Positions 18,850 to 28,408 of a stretch of 64,000 nt of DNA are shown in pieces. Position numbers and translations under genes: made by a program. The notes under the pieces were generated by a model. That model had not been told where the DNA came from. It did not search any database and saw only the letters and a list, made by a program, of their open reading frames with translations. How positions within the stretch are numbered: position 1 is the first letter of the stretch; each line of letters starts with the position of its first letter. The stretch comes from Candidatus Latescibacterota bacterium (lineage in GTDB: Bacteria > Latescibacterota > UBA2968 > UBA8231), in assembly GCA_965206595.1 (NCBI GenBank), contig OZ242214.1:2752001-2816000 (forward strand). Direction: 5' to 3'.

Positions 18850-19845
18850 CTATGCGCAGTTTCCGCTACCACCGGAGTGCTTAAGCGCAAATCGCTTCTT
18901 CCAATAGCGCAGCCGACGTTCCACGATCCCCTTGCTGTCGGCCCCCGGTTGGTCCAATACGATTTTTCGAAGTACATCCGTTCCGAAGTCTTCAATCTCC
19001 GCAAAGCTCAGCCCTCGAAGGCGCTGGGCCAAGCTCCGAGGCGAAAGGCCAAGCGGATGTCCATGACGGTTCTCGAAACGTCTGAACCACTCCTCGATTT
19101 GTCCCTGGGTCGGCTGCGGCAACTCCAACCGAATCTGGAAGCGCCGCCATACGGCACGGTCGAGAAGTTCCGGATGGTTGCTAGCCGTAACCACCACGAC
19201 GTAACTGGGGAGAGCGTCAATTTGGAGCAAGAGCGAACTAACGACGCGCTTGATCTCGCCAGTCTCGTGCAGGTCTCCTCGCTCTTTGCCAACTGAGTCG
19301 AATTCATCGAAGAACAGAACGCAGTGGCGCGACCTGGCCTGGTCGAAGACCTGTGCGATCCTTTGGGCGGTCTCGCCCAGGTAACTGCCGATGACGGCTT
19401 CGTAACGGACAACGAGAAACGGCACATTCAAGGCGTAGGCCAGCGCCCCCGCGAGTGTGGTCTTACCGTTCCCCGGAGGCCCGGCGAGCAATACCCGGTT
19501 CCGTGGTTCCAGACTGTAGGAGCGAAGCAGATCGGCTCGATGCTGCTCGGTCACCAGTTCGCGAATGTTCTCCTCGGCTTCGGGCGGTAAAATCAATTCT
19601 TCGAGGCAGCGACCCGGAGCTGTTTCAGCTACCAGAGGGCCTGTGGTCAAACGGTTGGAAAGAGGCCTGGACTGCCCGTTTCGCCCGTAGTCGACCTGAA
19701 GCTGGGCAAGTAGCCGGTCGGCCAGAATCGTGTGATTCTTTGCGCGCTCGTCTGCCGCTAGCGCTTCCACTGCCTTGCGCACCTGGAGGTCGTCGCCCTG
19801 CCTGCTTGCCTTGATCAGTTTCAGGATCAGATCGGATCGCGCCAT
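18850..19845 (-). CDS. ietA: AAA+ ATPase, IetA-like
   Basis: Walker A GPPGNGKT, Walker B LFFDEFD, GEIKRVVSSLL, LDRAVWRRF. Confidence 0.88.
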   Translation of the reverse strand: MARSDLILKLIKASRQGDDLQVRKAVEALAADERAKNHTILADRLLAQLQVDYGRNGQSRPLSNRLTTGPLVAETAPGRCLEELILPPEAEENIRELVTEQHRADLLRSYSLEPRNRVLLAGPPGNGKTTLAGALAYALNVPFLVVRYEAVIGSYLGETAQRIAQVFDQARSRHCVLFFDEFDSVGKERGDLHETGEIKRVVSSLLLQIDALPSYVVVVTASNHPELLDRAVWRRFQIRLELPQPTQGQIEEWFRRFENRHGHPLGLSPRSLAQRLRGLSFAEIEDFGTDVLRKIVLDQPGADSKGIVERRLRYWKKRFALKHSGGSGNCA

Positions 19846-20062
19846 GGTTACCTCCTGTCACTCCCAGTAACTGAGCCTTCCGCTCCCCTTTAGCTTGTTG
19901 ATCTCGGGGGACTCGTAGATTGGATGGATATAATTATAATGTCCGGAAAAATCATCATTTTAGCGGCGTGGTTCTCGCATGAGACAAAGACGGGTGGAAG
20001 GCTCCATGCCATTTCCGTCGAAGCGGCTGAAGGGTTTGAGCAATCCACATTGCGGGGTAACC

Positions 20063-20282
20063 TCATACCAGGAGAACCTCATCGCGGACGAAGTGAAGGT
20101 GAATCACCTTGGGCCGCGGCATGGTGTGGTCGAAATGGCAAAGCACCGCGTCTCGCACCATGGCCTTCAGGTCGTTCCAGTCTTCGCCCTGCGTATGGAT
20201 GCCATATCCAAGCGCACTTGCCGTGTAACCCCCATCTATTTCGTTTTTCGCTGACTGCAAAGATGATTTCGGTGCTGGACAT
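20063..20282 (-). pseudogene. HicB-like small antitoxin-fold protein, +1 frameshift
   Basis: MSSTEIIFAVSE joins ...EIDGGYTASALGYGIHTQG...VRDAVLCHFD if one A is removed from the A5 run at 20244-20248. Confidence 0.7.
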
Positions 20283-20318
20283 CGCTCGCTCCTGCGGTAT
20301 CAGTTTCTCTCTCTTGGC

Positions 20319-20534
20319 TCAGTCGTCGCGACTATCTGTTGGCTCAGCCTGCGTTGATTGGCGCAATCGCGCCGCCAATTCTTCCAGCACGGGGTCGGAA
20401 TACCGCTTGGAATTGAACCACTCTATCCGTTCGTCAATCGTCATGTGGGCGGTTTCGGCGGTAATGCGGGCGCGGGCTTCGCGCATGAATTTGACGCAGT
20501 CGAATTTCTTCTTGGTGGGACGGGCTTCAGTCAT
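20319..20534 (-). CDS. Small protein coupled to the PIN domain, putative antitoxin
   Basis: MTEARPTKKKFDCVKFMREARARI...; start overlaps the end of hsdM-PIN; GGAGG RBS. Confidence 0.65.
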   Translation of the reverse strand: MTEARPTKKKFDCVKFMREARARITAETAHMTIDERIEWFNSKRYSDPVLEELAARLRQSTQAEPTDSRDD

Positions 20535-23124
20535 GGACGATTTCCTCCGGCGTGCGAATGTCGATGGCAGGGTATCCATTCTGACAATTTACCTCGTTGC
20601 ATGCCCTGATGCGTCGCCAGTTCACCATGTGCCTGAAATTCCAGCTCACCAGGACATCGGCCTTGGCCAAAGTCGCGAGAGCGATGTGCAGCGCATCGTT
20701 CAGGTTGGCCCCACCCATGGCCCCAGCCGAGATGTAGGCATCGGCGAGCTCTTCTGCCTCTCTTGAAGTGGCGAGCAGCTCCGCGTGTTCCGGGGGAACG
20801 ATGCTGGTGGCCTGCCTGACGGGGGGCGGAGCATCCGCAAGTTCATCCAGAGTGATGCCCGAGAGGAGCATCCTGGCTTCGCCTTGGCAAAACGCCGCGA
20901 ACAGTTTCATGGATTGCTCGCGGAATTCATCGTCATGGCAGCCGCCGATCACCGAGGTATCCACATAAATGCGTGGCTTGCCGTACACAGCCGACGGTTC
21001 GCGCACCATCGGCAGATCGTCCAACAGCCCTTCCGTTTCTCTCTCCAGCGCCAGGATGTCGGCCCGAATCTCCGCCAGCGTTCGCATCGGCTGCGGCTTG
21101 TAGAAGTACCGGGTGAAGCTGATCTCGTAGCCGATTCTCACGCTGTCCGCTTGGTACCAGGCGTCAGCGGCATAGGGCAGGACCTCCCGCCGCAGGAACG
21201 CTTCGATGCCGCCTTCTTCCTGCAGCGGGATCTGCTCGGTGTCGCGCAGGTCGGTGTCCGGCTCGTACTCCACCACCACGGGCCTGCCGTTCACCGTAGC
21301 CTCGAACCGGCCGCGCAGCGGGTCGGCCTCCGTGCCTCGTTTGTGGATCTTGCTGACAACCGGCTCCGCGGATTCGTCCCGCTCCCCCAGCGACGTCCGG
21401 AGCAGCTTCTTGCGCTTGGCGGTCAGCTTGACCCCGCACCCGGAGCAGTCGTTCGCTACGGCAATCATGAACAGGTTGAAGTCGGGATGCGGTCCCGGGC
21501 CGAGTTGGCCGGCCACGCGATCGGCGACGTTCGCAACCGGTTCTTCGTCCGCCTCGCCACAGGCTCGCCGGAATTTATCGCGTCGTTCCAGCGACAGGTC
21601 GACCTTCAGCCGCAGCGGCCGCTCGACCGTCACCTTCCAGTAGCCGAAGGCGGCGTTGTCGAAGATCTTGCTCTGCTCGCTCTCCTCGAAGGCGAGGAAG
21701 GTGTCGCAGATGCGCTGGATGTCCGCCTCGCCGAGCTCGCAGTTCTTCTTGCCCAGGTTCTTGCGCAGCGGCCCGTGCCATTCGGTGGCGTCGATCAACT
21801 GCACCTTGCCCCGGCGATGCTCGGGCTTGCGGTTGGTGAGCACCCAGACGTAGGTGGCGATGCCGGTGTTGTAGAACATGTTGAGCGGTAGGGCGACGAT
21901 CGCCTCCAGCCAGTCGTTTTCGATCATCCAGCGACGGATGTTGCTCTCGCCCTGGCCGGCGTCGCCGGTGAACAGGGAGCTGCCGTTGTGGACCTCGGCG
22001 ATGCGGCTGCCTCCCTGCTTCATCTTGGAGAGCTTGTTGGCGAGGAAGAGCATCTGGCCGTCGCTGGAGCGGGTGACCAGGGAATACTCGGGATCGCCGT
22101 CGTGCTCGATCACGAAGCGCGGGTCGCGCATGTCGCTCTTGCCGCCCATGCGCTCGAGGTCGGTCTTCCAGCTCTTGCCGTAGGGCGGATTGGAGAGCAT
22201 GAAGTCGAACTCGCGCGACGGGAAGGCGTCGTTGGCCAGGGTGGAGTGCTCGGGGCCGCCGACGATGTTGTCGGCCGCGTCCCCTTCCCCCTTCAGCAGC
22301 AGGTCGGCCTTGCAGATGGCGTAGGTCTCGGCATTGATCTCCTGGCCGTAAAGGTGGGTGGAGACCTGCTTGCCGTGCTCGGCGGCGAGCTGCTGCAGCA
22401 CGTCCTCGGCCACGGTCAGCATGCCGCCGGTGCCGCAGGCCCCGTCGTAGATCAGGTAGGTTCCGGACTTGATCCGGTCGGCGACGGGCAGGAAGACGAG
22501 CTTCGCCATCAGGGTCACGGCGTCGCGCGGGGTCCAGTGCTCGCCCGCCTCCTCGTTGTTCTCCTCGTTGAAGCGCCGGATCAGCTCCTCGAAGATCGTG
22601 CCCATGCCGTGGTTATCGAGGCCGGGGTGCCTGACCGTACCGTCGGCGTTGCGCACCGGGGCCGGGCTCAGGTTGATGTCGGGTGAGGTCAGCTTCTCGA
22701 TCAGCGTGCCGAGGGCGTCGGCCCTGGATAGCCTCGGGACCTGGTTGCGGAACTCGAAGTTTTCGAGGATGTCCTGGACGCTGGGCGAGAAGCCGTCGAG
22801 CCAGGCCCGGAAGTCGGCTTCGAGCTGCTGGCGGTTGGCGCGGGCGCGCAGGTCGCTGAGGGTGAACTTCGAGGTGTTGTAGAAGGCCTGTCCCGCGATT
22901 TGCCGCAGGGTGGCGTCCTGCTCGACGACGCCGGCGTCGTCGAGGGTGGTCTTCATGTCGAGGACCGCCTGCTTGCTGCCTTCAAGCACCGCGTCGAGGC
23001 GGCGCAGCACGGTCATCGGCAGGATCACGTCGCGGTACTTGCCGCGCACGTAGAGGTCGCGCAGGACGTCGTCGGCGATGCCCCAGATGTAGTTCGCGAT
23101 CCAGTTCAGGTCGCCGTTGCTCAT
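20527..23124 (-). CDS. hsdM: Type I R-M N6-adenine methyltransferase HsdM with fused C-terminal PIN domain
   Basis: IWGIADDVLRD N-terminus, DGACGTGGML (motif I), NPPYG (motif IV); last ~150 aa carry IYVDTSV...DALHIALA...VSWNFRH PIN motifs. Confidence 0.92.
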   Translation of the reverse strand: MSNGDLNWIANYIWGIADDVLRDLYVRGKYRDVILPMTVLRRLDAVLEGSKQAVLDMKTTLDDAGVVEQDATLRQIAGQAFYNTSKFTLSDLRARANRQQLEADFRAWLDGFSPSVQDILENFEFRNQVPRLSRADALGTLIEKLTSPDINLSPAPVRNADGTVRHPGLDNHGMGTIFEELIRRFNEENNEEAGEHWTPRDAVTLMAKLVFLPVADRIKSGTYLIYDGACGTGGMLTVAEDVLQQLAAEHGKQVSTHLYGQEINAETYAICKADLLLKGEGDAADNIVGGPEHSTLANDAFPSREFDFMLSNPPYGKSWKTDLERMGGKSDMRDPRFVIEHDGDPEYSLVTRSSDGQMLFLANKLSKMKQGGSRIAEVHNGSSLFTGDAGQGESNIRRWMIENDWLEAIVALPLNMFYNTGIATYVWVLTNRKPEHRRGKVQLIDATEWHGPLRKNLGKKNCELGEADIQRICDTFLAFEESEQSKIFDNAAFGYWKVTVERPLRLKVDLSLERRDKFRRACGEADEEPVANVADRVAGQLGPGPHPDFNLFMIAVANDCSGCGVKLTAKRKKLLRTSLGERDESAEPVVSKIHKRGTEADPLRGRFEATVNGRPVVVEYEPDTDLRDTEQIPLQEEGGIEAFLRREVLPYAADAWYQADSVRIGYEISFTRYFYKPQPMRTLAEIRADILALERETEGLLDDLPMVREPSAVYGKPRIYVDTSVIGGCHDDEFREQSMKLFAAFCQGEARMLLSGITLDELADAPPPVRQATSIVPPEHAELLATSREAEELADAYISAGAMGGANLNDALHIALATLAKADVLVSWNFRHMVNWRRIRACNEVNCQNGYPAIDIRTPEEIVHD

Positions 23125-23256
23125 GTTCGTGCTGCTCCTCTACGGGGGCTTTTGGCGGTGGATTGGTGCTGGCTATCGGGCATCTTCGTTCCTCTGCAAC
23201 CGATGTATCCGAAGTAGCGATCTGAATTTCAAAGATATCACCTGGTCCACCGGCAC

Positions 23257-24339
23257 CTACCGGTAGCGCTCCGCGAACACCCTGACCCCGGTGCGCACCG
23301 TCGTCAGGGCCAGCTCCACCCGCTGCGCGAAAGAGCCGTACATCCCCATCTCGGTGCCGAACGCCAGGCCGTGCCGGCGCGAGGCGTAGTCCATCAGGTT
23401 GAGGCCCTCCCCGCGCCTGATGGCGTCGAGCCAGAAGACCGCCTGCTGCGAGCACGTGAACCACTTGGACGGGGCGTCGTCGTCCCCGGCGAGGGTGACC
23501 CCGGTGGCGGCGATCTCGCCGATGATCTCCCGCGCCGCCCGCTCCTCCCAGCGCTGGCTTTCCTCGTCCGGCTGCCGCCGCGCCGACAGCCAGAAGCGAT
23601 CCTCCATCAGCGAGGATTCGTGCAGGTCGAAGCTGATCCCGGGCTCGATCTCCTCCATGAAGCGGCGCGTCAGCCGCGGTTCCACCGGCGCCCAGGAGGT
23701 ATCGTGAAAGCGGTTGATGTGCAGGATCTCGCCGTCGAAGCCGATGATCAGGGTGTAGGCGCGCCCGAAGTCCCCGGTCCCTTCGACACCGGGCTGGCCG
23801 GGGTTCATGTACACGCGCCGGCCCTACACCGGCTCGAGGACCTCCGGTTCCTCCCTGAACAGCCGCTGCAGCCGCTCGAAGAAGAAGATCTGCGTGCAGG
23901 CCCGCTCCGGCCGCGGGCGGCTCAGGGCGTACCCGTACTCCCCGATCAGCGCGAGAACGAGGTCCTCCTCCTCGAACAGCACGTCCCCCTGTTGCCGCAG
24001 CAGGGACTCGAGCTCGTCGTAGGAGCCGAATTCCGGGGCTTCCCCGAGGCCGAGGCCGAGGGCATGGGGGAAGCCGTTGAGGCCGACCGGATCCCGGGTC
24101 GGGATGACGTACACTGCGTGCTCGGTGTCGAGCCCGTCGATCAGCTCGACCGCGGCGCTGACCCCGGCGTGCTCGGTCGAGTGGCTGCCCGCGGTGATGA
24201 AGACGGCCGGCGTTTTGTTTCCGCCGCCGCGGGCGGCTATCAGGGGGGAGCCGTCGACGGTGTGCCCGAGGGTGCGCACCTGCCGGCTGCGGCGCCGCAC
24301 CTCGTCGAGGAGCTCTTCGTATTTCCAGTAGATTTTCAT
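23257..24339 (-). pseudogene. M14-like zinc carboxypeptidase/deacylase interrupted by one in-frame TAG
   Basis: GSHSTEHAG (HxxE) in the first ORF and FDLHES in the second; same frame, junction EPV-TAG-GRRVYM at 23824-23826. Confidence 0.75.
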
Positions 24340-24464
24340 GGTATCCTCGAGCGGTGGTGGGACAGGAAAGGGATGAACCTGGATAGCATTCTCTTCTTGA
24401 CAATCGTCTGCATTGCAGTCATATCAACAAGCAAGACCTTGCTCGCCCAGGGAGAAACCACCAA

Positions 24465-24671
24465 ATGAATTGGGGTGATCTGATTTCAATCATTGCGGCG
24501 ATAGTTGCCGCAACCGCGGTCAATGTTACCGGATTCCTGTATCTCAGCAGCCGTATCGACACGCTGACGGGGAATATCGCGAGACATGGAGAGCGTCTGG
24601 TCCGAATCGAGGAACGGATGAAGATAGCCTCCGCCGAAGCCTTCCAGGAACCACCAGGTCAGGGGCAGTAA
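24465..24671 (+). CDS. Single-TM coiled-coil microprotein
   Basis: GGAGA RBS; hydrophobic N-terminus followed by heptads ending HGERLVRIE. Confidence 0.65.
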   Translation: MNWGDLISIIAAIVAATAVNVTGFLYLSSRIDTLTGNIARHGERLVRIEERMKIASAEAFQEPPGQGQ

Positions 24672-24877
24672 TGGACTGGAGCAGCTTCATCGCGCCTGGC
24701 GTTGTCGGGGCTTTGCTCGGGCTGTACCTCAAGAGCATCAGCCAGCGTATCGACGAGATGGGCAAGCGACTTGATGCCCTGCAGACCGAAGTGACTGCGC
24801 AAGGCAAGGCGCTTGCGCGAATAGAGGGCCGGCTCGACCCCTACGACCGCACAACGAGTAGCCCATCCCCTGAATAA
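24671..24877 (+). CDS. Single-TM coiled-coil microprotein (paralog-like)
   Basis: TAATG overlap with the upstream gene; ends QGKALARIEGRL. Confidence 0.65.
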   Translation: MDWSSFIAPGVVGALLGLYLKSISQRIDEMGKRLDALQTEVTAQGKALARIEGRLDPYDRTTSSPSPE

Positions 24878-24886
24878 CCCGACAAG

Positions 24887-24919
24887 CCCCCGGAATCGGT
24901 CCGGTTCCGGGGGTATTTT
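24887..24919 (+). terminator. Putative intrinsic terminator
   Basis: CCCCCGGAA...TTCCGGGGG stem followed by TATTTT just after the microprotein pair. Confidence 0.5.
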
Positions 24920-25035
24920 GTATCCCCCCGACAGAATTCGGAAACAGATACAGGAGCATTCCGCGAAACCGCCCGACGCGGATTCCGCGCGGGCCTCTGC
25001 CGCTCGTTCCCACACGGAACTTCGCGCCCTCCGCC

Positions 25036-25806
25036 CTATATCGCGGTCCAGCCGCCGTCGACGTAGAGGGTCTGCCCGGTAATCAGTCCGGCCGCGTCGC
25101 TGGCGAGAAACACCGCCGCTCCGGTGACGTCCTCCGGCATGCCGACCCTCCCCATGGGAATGCGGGCGAGCAGGTCCTGCCTGATGTCGGGGTCGTCGAA
25201 CGAGGACTGCGTCAGCGCCGTGAGGATGAAGGTGGGGCCGATGGCGTTGACGTTGATGCCGTAGGGGGCCCACTCGATCGCCAGCACCCGGGTGAGGTTG
25301 ACGACCCCCGCCTTGCTCGAGCAGTAGGCGGCGCGGTTGTAGTACCCGACCGCGCCCATGATGCTGGCGAGGTTGACGATGCGGCCGCCGCCCGCATCCC
25401 TCATTCGCCTGGCCATCCGCTGCGACAGGAAGAACAGCCCTTTGAGGTTGACCCCGAGGATGCGGTCCCAGTCCTCCTCGGTGACGTCGAGGGCCGCGGC
25501 CGGGGCGTTGACTCCGGCGTTGTTGACGAGGATGTCGACGCGGCCCATCTCCGCCCAGGCGCTCTCGGTGAAGGCGTCGATGCTGCCGAGGTCCGGCAAC
25601 TTCAGGGGCAGGGGGAGGGCCTTCCTGCCCCCGGCTCGCACCGCCTCGCAGACCGGATCGAGATCCCCCATGCGCTCAGGCAGCTCGCCGAGCACGCAGT
25701 CCGCTCCCGCCGCGGCCAGGGCCCGGCACAGGGCGCTGCCGATGCCGCCGCCCGCCCCCGACACCGCGGCGACCTTGCCGTCGAGGCGCATCGAGAGATC
25801 GCTCAT
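25036..25806 (-). CDS. SDR family oxidoreductase
   Basis: SGAGGGIG, NNAG, YCSSK, VDGGW motifs. Confidence 0.92.
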   Translation of the reverse strand: MSDLSMRLDGKVAAVSGAGGGIGSALCRALAAAGADCVLGELPERMGDLDPVCEAVRAGGRKALPLPLKLPDLGSIDAFTESAWAEMGRVDILVNNAGVNAPAAALDVTEEDWDRILGVNLKGLFFLSQRMARRMRDAGGGRIVNLASIMGAVGYYNRAAYCSSKAGVVNLTRVLAIEWAPYGINVNAIGPTFILTALTQSSFDDPDIRQDLLARIPMGRVGMPEDVTGAAVFLASDAAGLITGQTLYVDGGWTAI

Positions 25807-26711
25807 CCTTCCTCCTCCTCCTCCGGGGAGCGCACCTCCACCCCCATGACCTGCTCCCACACCTTGATCATCGCCCCCTTGCTTTGCTCTCCGAAGCCGC
25901 GCGCCAGCGCCGTCTTGTAAGTCTGCATCGCCGCCGCGGCGACCGGCAGCGGCACCTGCAGGGCGTCGGCGTTCTCCATCACCGTCTTCATGTCCTTGAA
26001 GGCGGCCCCCATCGGGTAGCCCTCGTCGAACACCCCCCTGAGGGCGCGCTCGGCGAAGTAGTCGAAGCCGTAGCTCTGCCCCGAGCCCGAGCCCACCACC
26101 CGGCGCACCTTCTCCGGGTCGAGGCCGAGCCGCACGGCAAAGGGGAGCATCTCCGCCATGGCGGCGCAGGAGATGTTGTAGAGGACGTTGTTGGCCATCT
26201 TGGCGAGCTGCCCGTTGCCGGACTCCCCCATGTGAAGGACGAGGCTGCCGATCCGCTCCAGCACCGGCAGGACCGCGGCGAAGGCGTCCTCGTCGCCCCC
26301 CACCATCACGGTCAGGGTGCCCGCTTCGGCGCGGGTCTCCATCCCGGTCACCGGGGCGTCGAGGAAGAAGGCGCCGCGGCCGGCGAAGCGGCGGGCGGCG
26401 GCGCGGGTGTACTCCGGGTGGGTGGTGCCGCAGTCGACGACGATGTCCCCCTCCTCCAGGGATGCGAACAACCCCCCTTCCCCGAACACCACCTCGCCGA
26501 CGGCATCCGCGTCCGGCAGGGAGAGCAGAATGCGGTTGCAGGTCCCGGCGATATCGGTGACATTGTCAGCCGCCTCGGCTCCCTTGGCGGCGAGCTCGGC
26601 CACCGCATCCTCGCGCAAGTCGAAGACCGACGTGGGAAAGCCGCCGCAGACGTTGGCTGCCATGCGCCACCCCATCGAACCGAGACCGATGAACCCGACT
26701 TTTTCCTTCAA
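25803..26711 (-). CDS. NAD(P)-dependent oxidoreductase, 3-hydroxyisobutyrate dehydrogenase family
   Basis: GFIGLGSMG, FLDAPVTG, KMANN motifs. Confidence 0.92.
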   Translation of the reverse strand: MKEKVGFIGLGSMGWRMAANVCGGFPTSVFDLREDAVAELAAKGAEAADNVTDIAGTCNRILLSLPDADAVGEVVFGEGGLFASLEEGDIVVDCGTTHPEYTRAAARRFAGRGAFFLDAPVTGMETRAEAGTLTVMVGGDEDAFAAVLPVLERIGSLVLHMGESGNGQLAKMANNVLYNISCAAMAEMLPFAVRLGLDPEKVRRVVGSGSGQSYGFDYFAERALRGVFDEGYPMGAAFKDMKTVMENADALQVPLPVAAAAMQTYKTALARGFGEQSKGAMIKVWEQVMGVEVRSPEEEEEG

Positions 26712-26770
26712 CCGTTCACCCCTTTCTCTTTCCTGACGCCGCCGACCCCGGCCGTCCGAAGCCGCCGCTC

Positions 26771-27337
26771 ATGAGCAGATTCAAGCAGTTGGATCGCACC
26801 GACCTCGACCCCGAGCAGACCCGTATCTACAACGACATCGTCGAATCCCGGGGCAGCATCGCCGGGCCGTTCAACATCTGGCTGCACAGCCCCGAGTTCG
26901 CCGACCGCGCCCAGAAACTGGGGGAATTCGTGCGCTACCGCACCAGCCTCGGGCCGCGCCTGAGCGAGCTGGGGATCCTGATCACGGCGCGCTTCTGGGA
27001 TTGCCAGGTCGAGTGGACCCTGCACGAGGGGGCGGCCATCGAGAGCGGCGTCAACCGCAACACCATCGACGCGATACGCCAAAGCCAGTACCCCGAGTTC
27101 AACCGCCGGGACGAGCACGCCGTGTACGACTACACCAGCGAGCTGCTCTACAACCGCTTCGTCCAGGACCGCTCCTTTGCCGCGGCCACCGAGGAGCTGG
27201 GCAAGACCGGGGTCGTCGAGCTGACCGGCCTGGTCGGCTACTACAGCATGGTCGCCCTGACCCTGAACGGCTTCCAGATACCGGTACCCGAGAACTACGC
27301 GCCCACCCTCGTCGACTGCCCCACCTTCCGGCGCTGA
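26771..27337 (+). CDS. Carboxymuconolactone decarboxylase/AhpD-like protein
   Basis: GPFNIWLHSP, ELGILITAR, EWTLH, GYYSM motifs. Confidence 0.85.
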   Translation: MSRFKQLDRTDLDPEQTRIYNDIVESRGSIAGPFNIWLHSPEFADRAQKLGEFVRYRTSLGPRLSELGILITARFWDCQVEWTLHEGAAIESGVNRNTIDAIRQSQYPEFNRRDEHAVYDYTSELLYNRFVQDRSFAAATEELGKTGVVELTGLVGYYSMVALTLNGFQIPVPENYAPTLVDCPTFRR

Positions 27338-27340
27338 CGG

Positions 27341-28249
27341 CTACGCCAGCACCTCGCAGGCCTGCGTTATCTGCTCCGGGCGCTTTATCCCGAGCAGGAT
27401 GCTCGTGATCCCGGGAACGTTGACGGTCTCCTGCAGCACGTGCTCGTAGAGGCTCTGCCCCTGCTCCCGGGCGGCATCCTGCAGCTCGCTCACCTCCGCC
27501 ATGATCTCCTCGTCCTCGAGCTGCGGAATCCACGCTGGATTGTCCTCCGCCCTGCTGCCGGCTGGAACCCCCCCTTCGTACTTGCCGCTCAGCAGGCCGC
27601 TCTCCAGCACCCGGTACGGGACCAGGCCGATCCCCTCGCCGCGGCAGAGCGGCATCAGGTCCGCCTCGATGTCGCGGTGGACGAGGCTGTACTGGGGTTG
27701 ATGCAGCACCGGCCGCGGCCAGCCGCCGGCGTCGCAGGCGGCCAGCAGGTCCCTCGTCTGTCCGCTGTCGAAGTTGGAAATCCCCCAGAAGCGGGCTTTC
27801 CCCTCCTCGATCAGGGCCGCCATCGCCGCGACCGACTCCTCGACCGGGGTGGCCTCGTCCGGGGTGTGCATGTAGTAGACGTCGATCCAGTCCGTGCGCA
27901 GCCGCCGCAGGCTGCGCTCGCATTCCCGCCGCATGTGGGAGGCGCTCAGGCCGCGGTCGCCGGCCTCCGGCCCAACGGCCATCCCGACCTTGGTCGCGAT
28001 CACCGCTTTCCCCCTGCGGTCCGCCAGGGCTTTCCCGAGCAACTCTTCGGAGAGGCCGCCCGCGGACCCGATGTAGCGGGTGTAGCCTTCGTACATGTTG
28101 GCGGTGTCGAAGAAATTGGCGCCGCCTTCGAGAGCGGCATCGACGATGGCGGCGGCCTCCGCTTCCCCTACCGGGGTGCCGAAGAGCATGGTGCCGGTGC
28201 AGACTGCGGAGACCTCGATGTCGGTATTGGGGATCAGCCTCGATTGCAT
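27341..28249 (-). CDS. Aldo/keto reductase
   Basis: FDTANMY, IATKVG, SLRRLRTDWIDVYYMH, WGISNF motifs. Confidence 0.92.
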   Translation of the reverse strand: MQSRLIPNTDIEVSAVCTGTMLFGTPVGEAEAAAIVDAALEGGANFFDTANMYEGYTRYIGSAGGLSEELLGKALADRRGKAVIATKVGMAVGPEAGDRGLSASHMRRECERSLRRLRTDWIDVYYMHTPDEATPVEESVAAMAALIEEGKARFWGISNFDSGQTRDLLAACDAGGWPRPVLHQPQYSLVHRDIEADLMPLCRGEGIGLVPYRVLESGLLSGKYEGGVPAGSRAEDNPAWIPQLEDEEIMAEVSELQDAAREQGQSLYEHVLQETVNVPGITSILLGIKRPEQITQACEVLA

Positions 28250-28408
28250 GTCCGGTTTCCTGTCTTGTTGGGGGCAGTGCGTGCCGCCGGGGCTTCCCCG
28301 GCGCGGGCGGCCACTAATTAGGGCGCCCGGGCACCCGGGTTGCAAGGCGGGCGCCCGACGGATGAGGCCGCCCTGCCACAGGATACATTCAGCATCGGGA
28401 AGGAAGGC

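Noticed and set aside
23824-23826. Genome-wide TAG recoding
   Set aside because: Several intact genes (SDRs, aldo/keto reductase, vapC, enolase-family gene, Ago) end at TAG at their expected C-termini.
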